From Mobula hypostoma (taxonomy: Eukaryota), in NCBI RefSeq assembly GCF_963921235.1, contig NC_086097.1, positions 22,384,001-22,448,000 on the forward strand: 64,000 bases of DNA, in the 5' to 3' direction. The notes under the pieces were generated by a model that was not told the origin of the DNA, did not search any database, and was given only the letters and a program-made list of their open reading frames with translations. Positions 24,611 through 36,240 of the stretch are shown in pieces. The position numbers were made by a program, and so were the translations under genes. Within the stretch, counting starts at the first letter, position 1, and each line of letters starts with the position of its first letter.

Positions 24611-25583
24611 TTTTCCAAGAGCTGCCCCAGCTGCCTTCTGGTACTTGTTCAAAGTGGTAGCCCTTCATGGGCGTCCACTTCCTACATTCAATCATAAAGA
24701 TCCTGAGCTGATTCTTTACAAATCACCCCACAGGGAATGGAAGTTACTTTACTGAGAACATTTCTGCACTGATTTTAATCACCTGAGAACCTGGAGAGGA
24801 ATTTTCCAATGCAGCTTTCCCTTGTGGTCATGGGTTTTTCCACTTCTCCTACGAAAGTGGAGGGTAACAACTTGTCCTAGCTTTATCTGTTAAATGCACG
24901 ATATAACTGTGACTACATATAGCATTAGCCTTTAGAAATTCAGACCTGCTTTTATAATTCATTTAAAGATGTGGGTATTGGTGGTAAGTGGCAAGGTTGG
25001 TGCTTCTCATCTATCCCTTAAGAAGTAAGGGTGAGTCACCATCTTGAACCTCTGTTTTCTTTCTGGGGGGAGACTGTTGTTGGGGGGTGGAGGAGTTCCA
25101 GAACCTAGACATAATAATAGTAAAGCATTTAGTGATTTATTTCCATGATATTTTGGAAGGATTTATTAGGATATTCAGACAAATCTTTGGTCAAAGAGAA
25201 AGTATTGGAGAGGATCACGAGAAGGAGCGAGGAGGTAGTTGTAGTGGATGGTTGCAGTATGTGGGAGGGGCAGGAAGCAGTAGGGAAAATGAAGTCTAGC
25301 TTTCTTACCTCCACTGAGGATGAAGCACCTCTTGCCATGGCTGATATCCACCACAGCACCAGGGAGCTAAAGAGGGGTTTCACAGTTCTCCAACCTTCAT
25401 CATATTCTTCAGCTCCTGCCATCATGCAGACTCATTATGGGTAATTTTGAAGTACCTTCTATGGAAGCAGTAGATGTTCTGAACTTCAAACTTTCAGCAT
25501 TTCATCAGGATCTCCTTCGGCAGGTTCTGTTGAAGGAGATGCTCTCACTAGGATCCTTCATGGTCACCCTGACAGAGTTGCAG

Positions 25584-26040
25584 TATACCGTCTAGATAGT
25601 CTCCAGCCCCTTGGTATGAAGATACAATTCTCCAACTTCCGATAATTCCCTCCTCCTCCCTTCCTCTATCCCTATTTCACTCTGCCCCCTCCCCCAGCTG
25701 CCTATCACCTCCCTCATGGTTCCGCCTCCTTCTACTACCCATTGTGTTTTCCCCTATTCCTTCTTCACCTTTCCTGCCTATCACCTCCATGCTTCCCTTT
25801 CCCCACCCCTTTGTCTTTCTCCTTACTGGTTTTTCACCTGGGACCTACCAGCCTTCTCCTTCCCACCCTCCCCCCACCTTCTTTATAGGGCCTCTGCCCT
25901 TTCCCTCTACAGTCCTGACGAAGGGTTCCGGCCCGAAATGTCGACTCATCTTTTCCACAGATGCTGCCCAACCTGCTGAGTTCTTCCAGCGTGTTGTGAG
26001 TGTTGCTTTGATCCCAGCATCTGCAGATTATTTCGTGTTT
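25584..26040 (+). mobile_element. Penelope-like 3' end/pseudo-LTR, same family as 18035-19165
   Basis: YRLDSLQPLGMKIQFSNFR*, then UTR. Hammerhead motif at 25911-25946 with a GAAAC>GAAAT change. Confidence 0.85.
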
Positions 26041-26424
26041 GCAAATCCCTTGTCCTTCTCCTGAGGGGCTTGTCAGTGTGTGAGGTACTGGGTATATGCT
26101 GGTGTAGCCCCCCTGGCCAGCCTCAGGGTCGCTCGGCTCGCTGTCGTCTAGAAGCCATTTTAATTAGACTACACAGTGACATAAAAAAAAGAAACCCCTT
26201 ACACTGGAAAGAGATATTAGACTTGTGGAAGACACTAAGTTAGAACAGGTATATATCTCGCTAAAACAGGACTGGCAGATTCCCAGTCCCAGCCTGACTG
26301 GCAGGTCCCTTTCAAGTCACAAGGAATCTGACTTTCATATCTGGAATCTGTAATTAATGTAATTATGAAGAAAGCATGCCAGTGGCTATATTTCATGATT
26401 GAGAAGATTTGATTTGTCTCCAAA

Positions 26425-26610
26425 GACTCCAGCAAATTTCTACAGATGTACATGGAGAACTTGGCCAGCCCCATCATCGGCACTGGTCTCCCCACTACAA
26501 TAGACGATGCCTCAAGTAGGTGGCATCCATTATTAAAGATCCTCATCATCTAGGGCATACCCTCTTCTCCTTGCCACCAACAGGGAGGTTGTCCAGGAGC
26601 CTGAAGACAC
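26425..26610 (+). mobile_element. Rex1/Babar-like fragment
   Basis: ASIIKDPHHLGHTLFSLPPTGR motif. Confidence 0.6.
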
Positions 26611-27104
26611 CCACTTAATGCCTGCTTGATTCTGATTCTGACTTCATTAGCACCATGATCGTGCATGGGCTGTTCTCATGGGGTTATGCCACTGGTGTAG
26701 AGGTGCCATTGGTCACCACTCCACATGTCCGAGCTTCTCTGTCCATTAGGTTCACAGAGATCCCCAAAAATATCCTTGGACTTTGTCCAATTCCGGGAAG
26801 TACCTGATTTTCGATTACTCTTCACTTTTATTTGATGAAGGTTGGATTATGAGGGATACAAAACATGTCACAGCAGGACACAGTATCTAAACATATAAAT
26901 TCATTGCAAACTCATTGTATTCCTTCAACAATAAATTCATTATTTTGCTGACTAATTCTTAGCAACTCCAAACATCTATGAATTCTGCTTGTGGTGGTGG
27001 GAGGAGTAATTTATTCCAAATTCTTGAGCAGTTTAGTTGCATATTTATTCGGATTCTGTATAACTTGTGGATGGAAATGAGCAGCAAATAATTTGGAAGA
27101 TGAG

Positions 27105-27987
27105 TTGCTCAGATGGTTGATGGTTGGGTTGAGTTGTTCTCCGATCTCGGCAGTTTACCCGTAAACATTTCCTCTCTATGTGAGGAGATCTCATCAGTGC
27201 GCTGTTGACTGTGGTGTGTCCTCCCAATATTTGGCTTTTATATACTTATCAATCATGACCAATTTTCCCTATCAATCAGCTGATTGGTCATCATTTTGGA
27301 AACTCAATTGTGATGTGTAGAGGGAATCTCATCGCTGATTGGTTGTGTCCCTCTGTCCGAGAAGATCAAGAGGGACACAAATTGGACAGGGCATCAGTGA
27401 AAACCTTGATGCAAGCAAACATGCATGCAAGGGAATTCCTAGAAGCATGATTTTCCACAAACAATTCTGTAAACAAATACGTAGACCTTGAAGAGACTTT
27501 GAGATTTTTTACCGTGCCCATGGTCTGTTCTTATCAAATTACGGTATTGCTTTGCACTGTTGTAACTATATGTTATAATTATGTGTTTTTTGTCAGTTTT
27601 TCAGTCGGTTTGTCATGTGTTTTTGTGATATCATTCTGGAAAAACATTGTATCATTTCTTAATGCATGCATTACTAAATGACAATAAAAGAGGATTGTGT
27701 GTCCTCATAATCTAATCTAATCTAACCTATTTATGAGCCGATGCAGGTAAAATTCCAGACCATAACACATGAAATTCCCTGCACAACCAACCAGCGATGA
27801 GATTGCCTCTATACATCACAACTGAGTTTCCGAAATGATGGCAAAGCAGCTGATTGATAAGTACAAGGCCAAACATTCGGAGGAAACACCACCATCAACA
27901 TCCCATTGATGATGTCTCCTCGTCAGTGACAAAATGCTTGCAAGTAAATTGCCTGATCAGAGAACAACTCAACCCAGCCATGAGCAG
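27105..27987 (+). mobile_element. Second Penelope lineage (Poseidon-like): endonuclease C-terminus flanked by inverted pseudo-LTRs
   Basis: HAREFLEA*FSTNNSVNKYVDL continues as PIYEPM after an insertion at 27490-27724. 27105-27345 is an inverted copy of about 27785-27987. Confidence 0.65.
27490..27724 (+). mobile_element. Family A retroelement, 5'-truncated
   Basis: Matches the 3' end of 770-1472 and 9545-10205, with a (TAATC)n tail. Confidence 0.8.
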
Positions 27988-28009
27988 CAAACTTTGAAAG
28001 ATTAAGTGA

Positions 28010-28275
28010 AGTGAAGTGATGCGTCATTCTGCATCAATAAACAACACAGACTGAGGACGTGCAAGGGACAGCCTGCAAGTGTCACCCTGTTTCCGGCGCC
28101 AGTGTAGAATGCCCACAATCTCTTGACTAATCCGTCGGTGTTTGGAAGGAAACTGGAACATCCGGAGGAAATTCTGTAGTCATGAGGAGAGTGTACAAAC
28201 TTCTTACCGATAATGGCATGAATTGAATTGAACCCTGATCACAGGCGCTGTGAGTGTTATGCGGGTCACTATGGT
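28010..28275 (-). mobile_element. V-SINE-like element
   Basis: Reverse complement of the GTTTGTAC.TTCTCC...TTTCCTCCGG.TG.TCC.GTTTCC V-domain core. Confidence 0.6.
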
Positions 28276-28354
28276 ATACTACATTACAACTCCTTGGAAA
28301 ATGCAGGAAGCAGCATCAATCACCATACGTGGCCTTATTTGGTTTCAGAAGAAC

Positions 28355-29035
28355 ATTTGATCCTGAGAATGAAAGGGTTAATTTATGAGGAACTTTTGAT
28401 TACTCTGAGCCTGTACTTGCTAGAGTTTAGAAGAATGGTGGGGATGGAGGGAGGATTCTCATTGAAATCTATCGAATTTTGAAAGGCCTAGATAGAGTAT
28501 ACGTGCAGAGGATGTTTCCTATAGTGGGGGATTCTACAGTGGTATCTGATTCTCTTTAGAACAGAGATGAGGAGGAGTTTATTTAGCCAGAGGGTGGTGA
28601 ATCTGTGGAATTTATTGCCACAGATCGCTATGGAGCTCAAGCCATTGGGCACATGGCCAAGTGGTTAAGGCGTTCGTCTAGTTATCTCGTCACTAGTTCG
28701 AGCCTCAGCTGTGGCAAGGCACTTAATCACACATTGCTTTAGTCTGTGTGAGGAGTGGCGCCCCACACAGACTTCCAATCTGCGCCTTGTAAGGCATGAA
28801 AATGCCCAACGCAGGCCTCTCTTGGTCTGTATCGACGTTCCCTCCCCTCCATTGGCTATGTTTAAACTGAAGATTGATAGGTTCTTGATTAGTAAGGGTG
28901 TTAAAAGTTTCGGGGAGGAGGTAGGAAATTCGGGTTGAGGGGGATAATGAATCAGATATGATTGAATGGTGGATCAGACTCGATGGGTTGAATGGCCTGA
29001 TTCTACTCCAATGCCTTAGTCTTCTGGTCTTATAC
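28355..29035 (+). mobile_element. CR1 3' end containing a SINE
   Basis: TTTAGCCAGAGGGTGGTGAATCTGTGGAAT and CR1 3' UTR. Confidence 0.8.
28649..28848 (+). mobile_element. tRNA-derived SINE with 7-bp TSD
   Basis: A-box TGGCCAAGTGG and B-box GTTCGAGCC. CCATTGG at 28642-28648 and 28849-28855. Confidence 0.7.
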
Positions 29036-29199
29036 TGAGACAAACATAGGGATATCCTCTCAAATACAACTAGTCGGAGATCTGTTTTCAACCTATGTCT
29101 GCTACTTGATGCAAGCCAGATACCATCTTAGTTTAGATTCCGGATAAGCAATACAACATCTTCACCCTGTCTCTTTTCTTCATTTTACTCACTGCAATA

Positions 29200-29650
29200 T
29201 TGCACTTTACATCCAACAATCTTAAATTGATAAATAGACTGGTAAATTGATTTATTATTGATACTAGTACAAAGTAAAGTACAAAACTTGCATTGCATTC
29301 TATCCATACAGATGAAATCATTACAACAGTGCTTTGAAGTAGTACAAAATAAACCCATAACAGAATGCAGAATCTTAGAAGGAGGAAGTGTGGTGCGAGT
29401 AGGCAACAGGCTGAAGTTCTCAAAATCAGGTAGAATATGAGTTCAATAGTGCATCTTATTGTACTAGGGAAATATTCAATTGCCTTGTAACAGTGGGATA
29501 GAAGTTCTCTTTGAGCCTGGTGGTTCATGGTTTCAGGATTATCTCCTGCTTAATGGAAGGGGGAGAGAATATCTGGGCTGTGTGTGATCTTTGATTATAC
29601 TAGCTGCTTTACTGAGGTACCCAGTAGTGTAGAGAGTGTCCATAGAGGGC
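29200..29650 (-). mobile_element. Rex1/Babar-like 3' end, continuing at about 30190-30305
   Basis: CITAWYGNCS...KKLQRVV.TA..IT and KAASIIKD.T.P motifs either side of a PLE remnant. Confidence 0.65.
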
Positions 29651-29689
29651 TCTACCTCTACTTCCTTGGTAAGGCTATTCTCACATTGG

Positions 29690-30190
29690 AAAAGCAGCAC
29701 CATCCAGGTAGCCTCCAAGCTGACAGCACAGACATTGATTTCTCTAACTGCTGGTAATTTCTCTCCCACTCTCTCCCTTTCTTCATTCCCCATTTTGGCT
29801 CCCTTTTTACCCCTAATCTTCTCCTCAATTGCCCATCACCTCCCTCTGGTGCCTTTCTCCTATGGTCCACTCTCTTCTCCTATCAGATTCCTCCTTTCTC
29901 AGCCCTTTGCATCTTCCACCAATCACCTCCTAACTTCTTACTTCATTTCCACCCCACCTACCTTCCCACTCACCTGACCTCACTTATCATCTTCTAGCTT
30001 GAACCCCTTCCTGTCCCTCTACTTTCTTATTCTGGCTTCTTCCCCCTTTTCTTCCAGTCCTGATGCAGGGTCTCGGCCCAACACATTGACTCTTTATTCC
30101 TCTCCATAGCTGCTGCCTGACCTGCTGAGTTCCTCCAGCACTTTGTGTGTGTTGCTCTGGATTTCCAGCACCTGCAGAATCTCTCGTGCC
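29690..30190 (+). mobile_element. Older Penelope-like 3' end/pseudo-LTR
   Basis: Pyrimidine-rich UTR, degenerate hammerhead at about 30055-30090 and a GCTGCCTGACCTGCTGAGTTCCTCCAGCA terminus. Confidence 0.65.
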
Positions 30191-30654
30191 CATAGAGGGG
30201 AGGCTGGTTTTTGTGATGTGCTCGGCTGTGTCCACTACTCTCTGCAGTTTCTTGCAGTCATGTGCAGAGCAGTTGCCATACCAAGCTGTGATGCATTCTC
30301 CCACTGGAGTACAGCTAATTTTTATACTAACGGAAAGCCGTTCAACCTTCACTCCAGAACCAAGGTTACTGCAAATCAGTCATTGAGCTACCAGTACTTG
30401 TGTGTGAGTACAATCAGAAGCCAGGCTCCAAGTTACCATCAACACTTTAACAGAATTGTGACCAAGAATGGTCCTTATACATCCTAATCTAAAAAAAAAA
30501 CAAAGGTCCTTTACCAACGTGCCCTGCTTCACTAACCCTGGTCATAGATGAAGACTTTACTCTGATATTGGTTGTCCATTTCTCTTCACAGAAGGAAATA
30601 CAATAGACTATGGATGCTGGAATCCAGAGCAAAAGTCAAAGATGCTGGAGTGGA

Positions 30655-30955
30655 AATGGTGGCACAGTACCAAAGTGACTGGCATAACACTCTATAGTGC
30701 CAGCAATCCGAGTCCAACTCCCACTGCTATCTGTAAGAAGTTGATACGTTTTCCTTATGACCATGCGGATTTCTGCCAGGTACTCTGGTTTCCTCCCATA
30801 TTCCATAGGCATCTGGATTAGTAAGGGTTAGTAGATTGTGGGCACGCTTTGTTGGTGCCGGAAGCTTGGTGATGCTTGTGGGCCGTCCCCAACACATCCT
30901 CACTTGTGTTTATGTTCTGATGATTTAATGTATGTACGACAAATAAAAGCTATTC
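30655..30955 (+). mobile_element. V-SINE-like element
   Basis: tRNA-like head, GGTTTCCTCCCATATTCCA core and ACAAATAAAAGCTA tail. Confidence 0.65.
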
Positions 30956-31902
30956 TTTAACTCAGTGGGTCAGATGCTGCCTACTGAGGCTGCCTAACCC
31001 AATGAGTTCCTCCACTATACTGTTGTAAACACAAGAGATTCTGCAGATGCTGGAAATCTAGTCAAGACATAATGCTGGAGGAACTCAGTAGGTCAGGCAG
31101 CATCTATGGAGAGGGATAAAGAGTTGACATTTCAGCTTGAGGCCCTTCATGAGGTCTCATCAGATGAATCCTTCATCAGGATTGCCTTGTTGCTCCAGAT
31201 TCCAGCATTTGCAGTCTCCTGTATCTCCTATCTGAACAGAGATGTCTATGGTAAGACCTGGAAGATATTGACTACTTCCCATACCTGTAGAACCACCTCT
31301 CAACAAAGAAATACACTGACGATATAATTCATCACCACCTTTAGTGCATCAGCTCAACCCTCAACCATCTGAGATGAAGTGTGGTAGAAGATCAAGGCCT
31401 CAAACGTGGTACAAAGCTCAACGTGTACTAGGCAGGACAAGAATCAGCTGCAGAGGTGAGAACAAGGTTAAATGCTTCAGGTCAATGACAAGAACGAGAA
31501 CAAAATGGGCCAAATTTTGCACACCCAGCCCACCCACCTGGAACTTGCACTCCCTCCAACATCCATGTTAATCTGGCCTGGATCCTAAGAGTCCATCTCG
31601 CTGACTCAATGGTTCCTAAGGTCCAGTATCAGGTCCTCTGGTAGCTTAATTTTCTAACAAACACAGTACTGTTGCTCACATGGCTACTCTATAACAATTG
31701 TATTAATTGCATCAGCAACTTTCCACGCCTTGCTCTCTTTTTGCTGCTGCCATCTGGGAGGAGGTACAGGAGCCTTAGGTCGGTTCAGGAACAGTAATTA
31801 CCCTTCAACCATCAGGCTCCTGAACCAGCAAGGATAACTTCACTCACTTTGACCCTAATCTGATTCCACAGCCTATGGACTCTCTTTCAAGTAATGTACA
31901 AC

Positions 31903-32305
31903 TGATAGAAGTTCAGGGATGGCCCAAGTGCAGAGGGAGAGAGACAAGGACTCGATATGAATAGTTTTTTCTGTTTTAATTAGAACTTGTACAGAACAAA
32001 GGAAAATAATAAAAGCTAGGCCAACAGGGAAGCTAAGTAAAAACTCTCAAAATAATTAAAAATTCTCACCGACACCTTGGCTTGAAAGCAGTAAACTTGA
32101 ACAAATATTAATAGCACTCCTTTAACAGCATCTATCTAAAGCACGAGCCTTCTTTCCCAGAACTTGGGCAAAGGTTAACAAGGAGAGTTGTCGTTGTTGT
32201 GCTTCAGTCAAGACTTGACAAGACTGAAACAAAAGGAAGTGAGTTAAATACTATGGCAGAAAAATCCTGTTTGGCCGGAAAATTTGTGATAGTTAAATTC
32301 TTTCA
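31903..32305. mobile_element. Possible solo LTR
   Basis: TGATAGAA...TTCTTTCA imperfect inverted ends. CAACTG is repeated across both junctions. Lies within a Rex1-like 3' UTR. Confidence 0.35.
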
Positions 32306-32409
32306 ACTGCCCACCACCCAGGGCACCCAGACTCCACGGCAGAGTCCTTGTTTGTGACAACAACTCGTGTTTGTAGTATTATTTACTTACTGATTTACTT
32401 ATTACTATT

Positions 32410-32820
32410 ATTATTTTTTTTCTCTCAGCTCAAGCTAATAACACCTGAGGTATAAGCATAGCCAAGCACACTCATTTGTCAATTGCTAGAAACTTTTGGA
32501 CAATTCTGGTGGTGTTTAATATTGTGACTTTCTGAAGATTAACATAGATATTATTTTGTAGCTCTAATTGTTTAATGCTATTGTCTAGTGCCTTTGGGAT
32601 GACACCAGTTGTAGATATTACTATTGGGACAATATATACCCTGTTCATGTTCCAAAATCTTCCAATTTCCTCTTTTAATTCAGCATATTTCTGGTGTTTT
32701 TCACTTATTGATTTTGGCATGTTACAGTCTATGTTCTTGGAATAGCTTTACCTATTAAATAAGATTAACTTGCTTGTTTGTCCTGTAATATTATACTCAG
32801 ACAGTTATTATAGATTGTCC
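32410..32820 (-). mobile_element. R4/Dong-clade non-LTR retrotransposon 3' fragment (restriction-like endonuclease C-terminus)
   Basis: IILQDKQA..YLI.KAIP and EKHQKYAELKEEI..FWNMNRVYIVPIVISTTGVIPKAL...LQKVTILNTTRIVQKFL*. Flanked by (TAA)n on the minus strand. Confidence 0.75.
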
Positions 32821-33164
32821 TATTATTATTATTAGTATTATTATTATTAACTTTTTGTATTTTCAATGTCATTCTACAGGTGGCAGTAGAGAGCAATCTG
32901 ACGAGCTGCATCACTGCTTGGTATGGAAACTGCACTGCTGCAGTCAGGAAGTCTCTACTACCGATAGACAAAACTGCCCAACACATCACTGATATAAGCC
33001 TACCAGCCATCAAAGACATATAGAGTCATAGAACATTACAGCACAGAATGTTGTATGACTTTCAACATTTGAATGTTGTATGGACCTTCGGCCCATTTAC
33101 TCAGTGCCAAACCATTAATTTACCTAGTCCTATTGACCTGCACCTGGACAATAGCGCTCCATTC

Positions 33165-33558
33165 CACCTGGCCAGTGATGTTGTGGGGATGGAACTGGAC
33201 TCTCTGACGGTGGTGTCTGAAAAGAGGATGCTGTCCAAGTTGCATGCCATCTTGGACAATGTCTCCCATCCACTACATAATGTACTGGGTGGGCACAGGA
33301 GTACATTCAGCCAGAGACTCATTCCACCGAGATGCAACGCAGAGCGTCATAGGAAGGCATTCCTGCCTGTGGCCATCAAACTTTACAACTCCTCCCTTGG
33401 AGGGTCAGACACCCTGAGCCGATAGGCTGGTCCTGGACTTATTTCCTGGCATAATTTACATATTACTATTTATGGTTTTATTACTATTTATTATTTATGG
33501 TGCAACTGTAACGAAAACCAATTTCCCCCAGGATCAATAAAGTATGACTATGACTATA
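33165..33558 (+). mobile_element. Rex1/Babar-like LINE 3' end, second family
   Basis: VVGMELDSL...ILDNVSHPLH...RLIPPRCNAERHRKAFLPVAIKLYN, then AATAAA and a (TATGAC)n tail. Confidence 0.75.
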
Positions 33559-33731
33559 GCATTCACTTCTCATCTATGTACCTATCCAAATTTCTCTTAA
33601 ACATTGAAATCGAACTCGCATCTACCATATGCATTGGCATCTCATTCCACAATCTCACCACCCTCCGACTGACACCACTTTCAAGGAATTATGGATCTGT
33701 ATTCTGATGTCCTTCTGTTATACCACACTCA

Positions 33732-36240
33732 TAGAAACATAGAAAACCTACAGCACATTACAGGCCCTTCAGCCCACAATGCTGTGCTGAACATGTGCTT
33801 ACTTTAGAAATTACCTGGGGTTACCCATAGCCCTCTATTTTTCTAAGCTCCATGTACCTGTCCAGGAGTCTCTTAAAAGACCCTGTCGTATCCGCCCCCA
33901 CCACCATCCCCAGCAGCCCATTCCATGCACTCACCACTCTTTGCGTAAAAACTTACCCCCGACATCTCCTCTGTACCTACTTCCTTAAAACTATGTCCTC
34001 TTGTGGCAACCGTTTCAGCCTTGGGAAAAAGCTTCCGACTATCCACACGATCAATGCCTCTCAACTTATACACCTCTATCAGGTCACCTCTCATCCTCCA
34101 TTGCTCCAAGGAGAAAAGGCCAAGTTCATTCAACCTATTCTCATAAGGCATGCTCCCCAATCCAGGCAAAATCCTTGTAAATCTCCTCTGCACCCTTTCT
34201 ATAGCTTCCACATCCTTCCTGTAGTGAGGTGACCAGAACTGAGCACAGTACTCCAAGTGGAGTCTGACCAGGGTAACATTACCTCTCGGCTCTTAAACTC
34301 AATCCCACAATTGATGAAGGCCAATACACCGTATGCCTTCTTAGCCACACAGTCAACCTGTGCAGCAGTTTTGAGTGTCTTATGGACTCAGACCCCAAGA
34401 TCCCTCTGATCCTCCACACTGCCATGAGTCTTATAATTAATACTATATTCTGCCATCATATTTGACCTACCAAAATGAACCACCTCACACTTATCTGGGT
34501 TGAACACCATCTGCCACTTCTCAGCACTGTTTTGCATCCTATCGATATCCTGCTGTAATCTCTGACAGCCCTCCACACTACCCACAATACCCCCAAACTT
34601 TGTGTCATCAGCAAATTTACTAACCAATCTTTCCAATTCCTCATCCAGGCCATTTATAAAAATCATGAAGAGAAGGGATCCCAGAACAGATCCCTGAGGC
34701 ACACCACTGGTCAGCGAATTCCATGCAGAATATGACCCGTCTACAACCACCCTTTGCCTTCTGTGGGCAAGCTAGTTCTGGATCCACAAAGCAAGGTCCT
34801 CTTGGATTCCATGCCTCCTTACTTTCTCAATAAGCCTTGCCTGGGGTAGCTTATCAAATGCCTCGTTGAAATCCATGTACACTACATCTACTGCTCTTCC
34901 TTCATCAATGTGTTTAGTCACATCCTCAAAAAATTCAATCAGGCTCGTAAGGCACGACCTGCCTTTGATAAAGCCATGCCGACTATTCCTAATCATATTA
35001 TGCCTCTCCAAATGTTCATAAATCCTGCCTCTCAGGATCTTCTCCATCAATTTACCAACCACTGAATTAAGACTCACTGGTCTATAATTTCCTGGGCTAT
35101 CTCTACTCCCTTTCTTGAATAAGAAAACAACATCTGCAACCCTCCAATCATCCGGAACCTCTCCTGTCCCCATTGATGATGCAAAGATCATTGCCAGAGG
35201 CTTAGCAATCTCCTCTTTCGCCTCCCACAATAGCCTGGGGTGTATCTTGTCCGGTCCTGGTGACTTGATGCTTTCCAAAAGCTCCAGCACATCCTCTTTC
35301 TTAATATCTACATGCTCAAGCTTTTCAGTCACTGTAAGTCATCCCTACAATTGCCAAAGTCATTTTCCGTAGTGAATACTGGAGCAAAGTATTCATTAAG
35401 TACCTCCACTACCTCCTCCGGTTCCATACACACTTTTCCACTGTCACACTTGATTGGTCCAATTCTCTCACGTATTATCCTTTTGCTCTTCACATATTGT
35501 AGAATGCCTTGGCGTTTTCCTTAATCCTACTCGCCATGGCCTTCTCGTGGCCCCTTCTGGCTCTCCTAATTTCATTCTTAAGCTTCTTCCTGCTAGCCTT
35601 ATAATTTTCTAGATCCGTATCATTACCTAGTTTTTTAAACCTTTTGTAAATTTTTCTTTTCTTCTTGACTAGACAGCCTTTGTACACCATGGTTCCTGTA
35701 CTCTACCATCCTTTCCCTGTCTCAATGGAATGTACCTATACAGAACTCCACGCAAATATCTCCTGAACATTTGCCACATTTCTGCCGTACATTTCCCTGA
35801 GAACATCTGCTCCCAATTTATGCTTCCAAGTTCCTGCCTGATAGCTTCATATTTCCCCTTACTCCTAAACATTTTCCTAATTTGTCTGCTCCTATCCCTC
35901 TCCAATGCTATGGCAAAGGAGATAAGAATTGTGATAACTATCTCCAAAATGTTCTCCCACTGAGAGACCTGCCACCTGACCAGGTTCATTTCCCAATACC
36001 AGATCAACTACAGCCTCTCCTCTTGTAGGCTTATCTACATATCGTGTCAGAAACACACCCAACAAACTCCACCTGATCTAAACCCCTTGCTCTAGGGAGA
36101 TGCCAATCAATACTGGGGAAATTAAAATCTCCCATATCGACAAACCTGTTATTATAACACCTTTCCAGGAACTTGTCTCCCTATCTGCTCCTTGATACCC
36201 CTGTTACTATTGGGTGGTCTATAAAAGCCACCCAGTAAAG
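33732..36240 (-). mobile_element. CR1 LINE ORF2 (APE to RT) plus 3' UTR, decayed
   Basis: [55 protein letters not shown] and a TTTCTATG tail. Confidence 0.92.

Noticed and set aside
25087..25560. Overlapping ORFs of 70-99 aa as a possible exon
   Set aside because: No recognisable domain or splice context. It adjoins decayed LINE-like sequence and is probably an old repeat.
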